DNA from: Octopus bimaculoides
Taxonomy: Eukaryota
Assembly (NCBI RefSeq): GCF_001194135.2
Contig: NC_068983.1
Coordinates: forward strand, 141,877,055 to 141,941,054
DNA length: 64,000 bases
Reading direction: 5' to 3'
A model generated the notes under the pieces. The model was given only the letters and a program-made list of their open reading frames with translations, ran no database searches and was not told the origin of the DNA. A program made the translations under genes and the position numbers. Shown here in pieces: positions 62,412 to 64,000 of this stretch (position 1 is its first letter; every line of letters begins with the position of its first letter).

Positions 62412-64000
62412 GTACTAAATAGTTGTTGATATTTTATAAAGCCAGAACTATATTTACTGAAAAGGTACTGACTTTAATACTATACTATTTAAACTAGGAT
62501 AGAAGACTTTAGTATTCATTCATGTGAACAATGTTGGATAGGAAATGTAAGAACTGCATTGAAATTGGAAAGATGTTTTCCATAATAGTCAATTACAAGC
62601 AAATGACAGCAGCAAAGATAAAGAAATTGATGGCTCATAGCCCTTGACTGCCTTTAGTAGAGTGGACTCAAACATTTGAGCCAAATCTGAAGAAACTTCC
62701 TTCCACTTCTTTTACAACCTCTGAAAGAAGTAATAACCCATACTTAGTTTCATTGATCATACTTGTGTATAACAAAATTATAACAGGTTTTTAAGGATGC
62801 TCAAACGTTAGTATTGATTTGCTAAACTCTTAAATTATATTTTTAGAAATTTCACCACACACGTAGATATCCTTTCTGGCACATTTTAGAACCTACTTAT
62901 TTACCATCCATTTTACTGCTGGTATGGGTTGTACAGTTTGACAAGATCCAACAAGCTGCAGGGCTGCAAAGTTATAAAAATAATTGTAGAAAAAGGCAAT
63001 GAACAGAGGGGTGTATCTGTCCGAGAAAGGTGATGAAATGAAGCTGTTTGTGAAAGGTGAGATAGTGACCAAATACCCTGTTGTTTCATCAGTCTACATC
63101 AAGCAGAACTATGACAAAGAGAGATTCTAACCACAATCACTCCTTTCTTCCAAGACTACATTATCTAATGTTCATTTTGAAGATGGCAGCAATTTGAGAA
63201 CAATTTGGCTGCTGTTCCAACCTGGTCAAACAACGATGTAGCAGCTCCCTCATATTGTACTCGCATTTTGATATGTTGTATTCTATCATTAAGAGCCAGG
63301 TATTTTAACTGTAATAAAGTACTGGTGATAGGTATCCAGTCAAAAAGGGACTGCTTCACATCCAAAGTTTGTCTCCATTGTCAAGTTGATTAGTGCTTTA
63401 TAATATAACCATTTCATTTGATACACTACTCAAGGAAAGCAACAGTAACAAGTCAAATGGTGGTGAAAATACTACAGACTATATGCTAATATCATTATTA
63501 CTGCTTCAGGATAGTAAGCAACTCTGATCCAGAGTACCAATTGCTATTGCCCTAGTAAGGTATTATTTTCTGAGTTCGAATCCTGCTTTAGTGAAATTTA
63601 CTTTTCATCCTTTCAACATCGATAAAATAAATACCATAATTACCAAAGTTGATGTACATCAATTGTGCTCTATAGAGGTAGTAAACTGACAGTTATTAGA
63701 GTATTGATCAAAATGTTTGGGGGTTTTTTTTTTGGTTTTTTTTTGCATTGTGAAGTCAAATTCAGATCTATTTGGTTTGGTTGCCAGCATTTCAAAAATT
63801 AAAGTTTATTGAAAATTTAAAAACTTGGAGCATTAATATACTTTTCCAAGCCGAATTGCTGGAGTTATTTCACTTTTCCAGAAAAATGTTTTCTTAAAAA
63901 AGTTAGAGGGTTAAAGTTTGATCATTTTCTCCCAGTCAGGAAACAGGATTTGGAAGCTGTCATTTTGTGCATGACTGCATATTTTGTCAACATCCTGAAA

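Overview
AT-rich, microsatellite-dense eukaryotic DNA with six assembly gaps. The tRNA-derived SINE families suggest a coleoid cephalopod, most likely Octopus (inference). One protein-coding gene is supported on the + strand. It is a Zasp/ALP-Enigma (PDLIM-type) protein with the ZM motif (QYNSPLGLYS) and DUF4749-type motifs (SEVYKLINE, KQSLSFKVLQ). Five phase-compatible exons lie at 26662-26837, 52288-52623, 54497-54538, 58239-58465 and 61335-61394; no PDZ or LIM exon is visible. The rest is intron or intergenic sequence packed with SINEs and with LINE (CR1/L2-like, RTE-like), mariner, Helitron and Penelope-like remnants. Four observations stand out. (1) Several loci carry type I hammerhead ribozyme (HHR) motifs in Penelope-type terminal repeats. 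One is a 99-bp perfect fold-back 150 nt downstream of a 42-nt cassette exon; its HHR core has the compensatory U3-A8 variant. (2) Near 48.3-48.9 kb, repeat copies switch sharply from CpG-intact to CpG-decayed, implying a germline methylation boundary inside the gene. (3) A 91-bp complete mini-Helitron. (4) Short perfect hairpins resembling pre-miRNAs. All alignments, folds and counts were done by eye. Repeat boundaries are approximate unless exact junctions are quoted.
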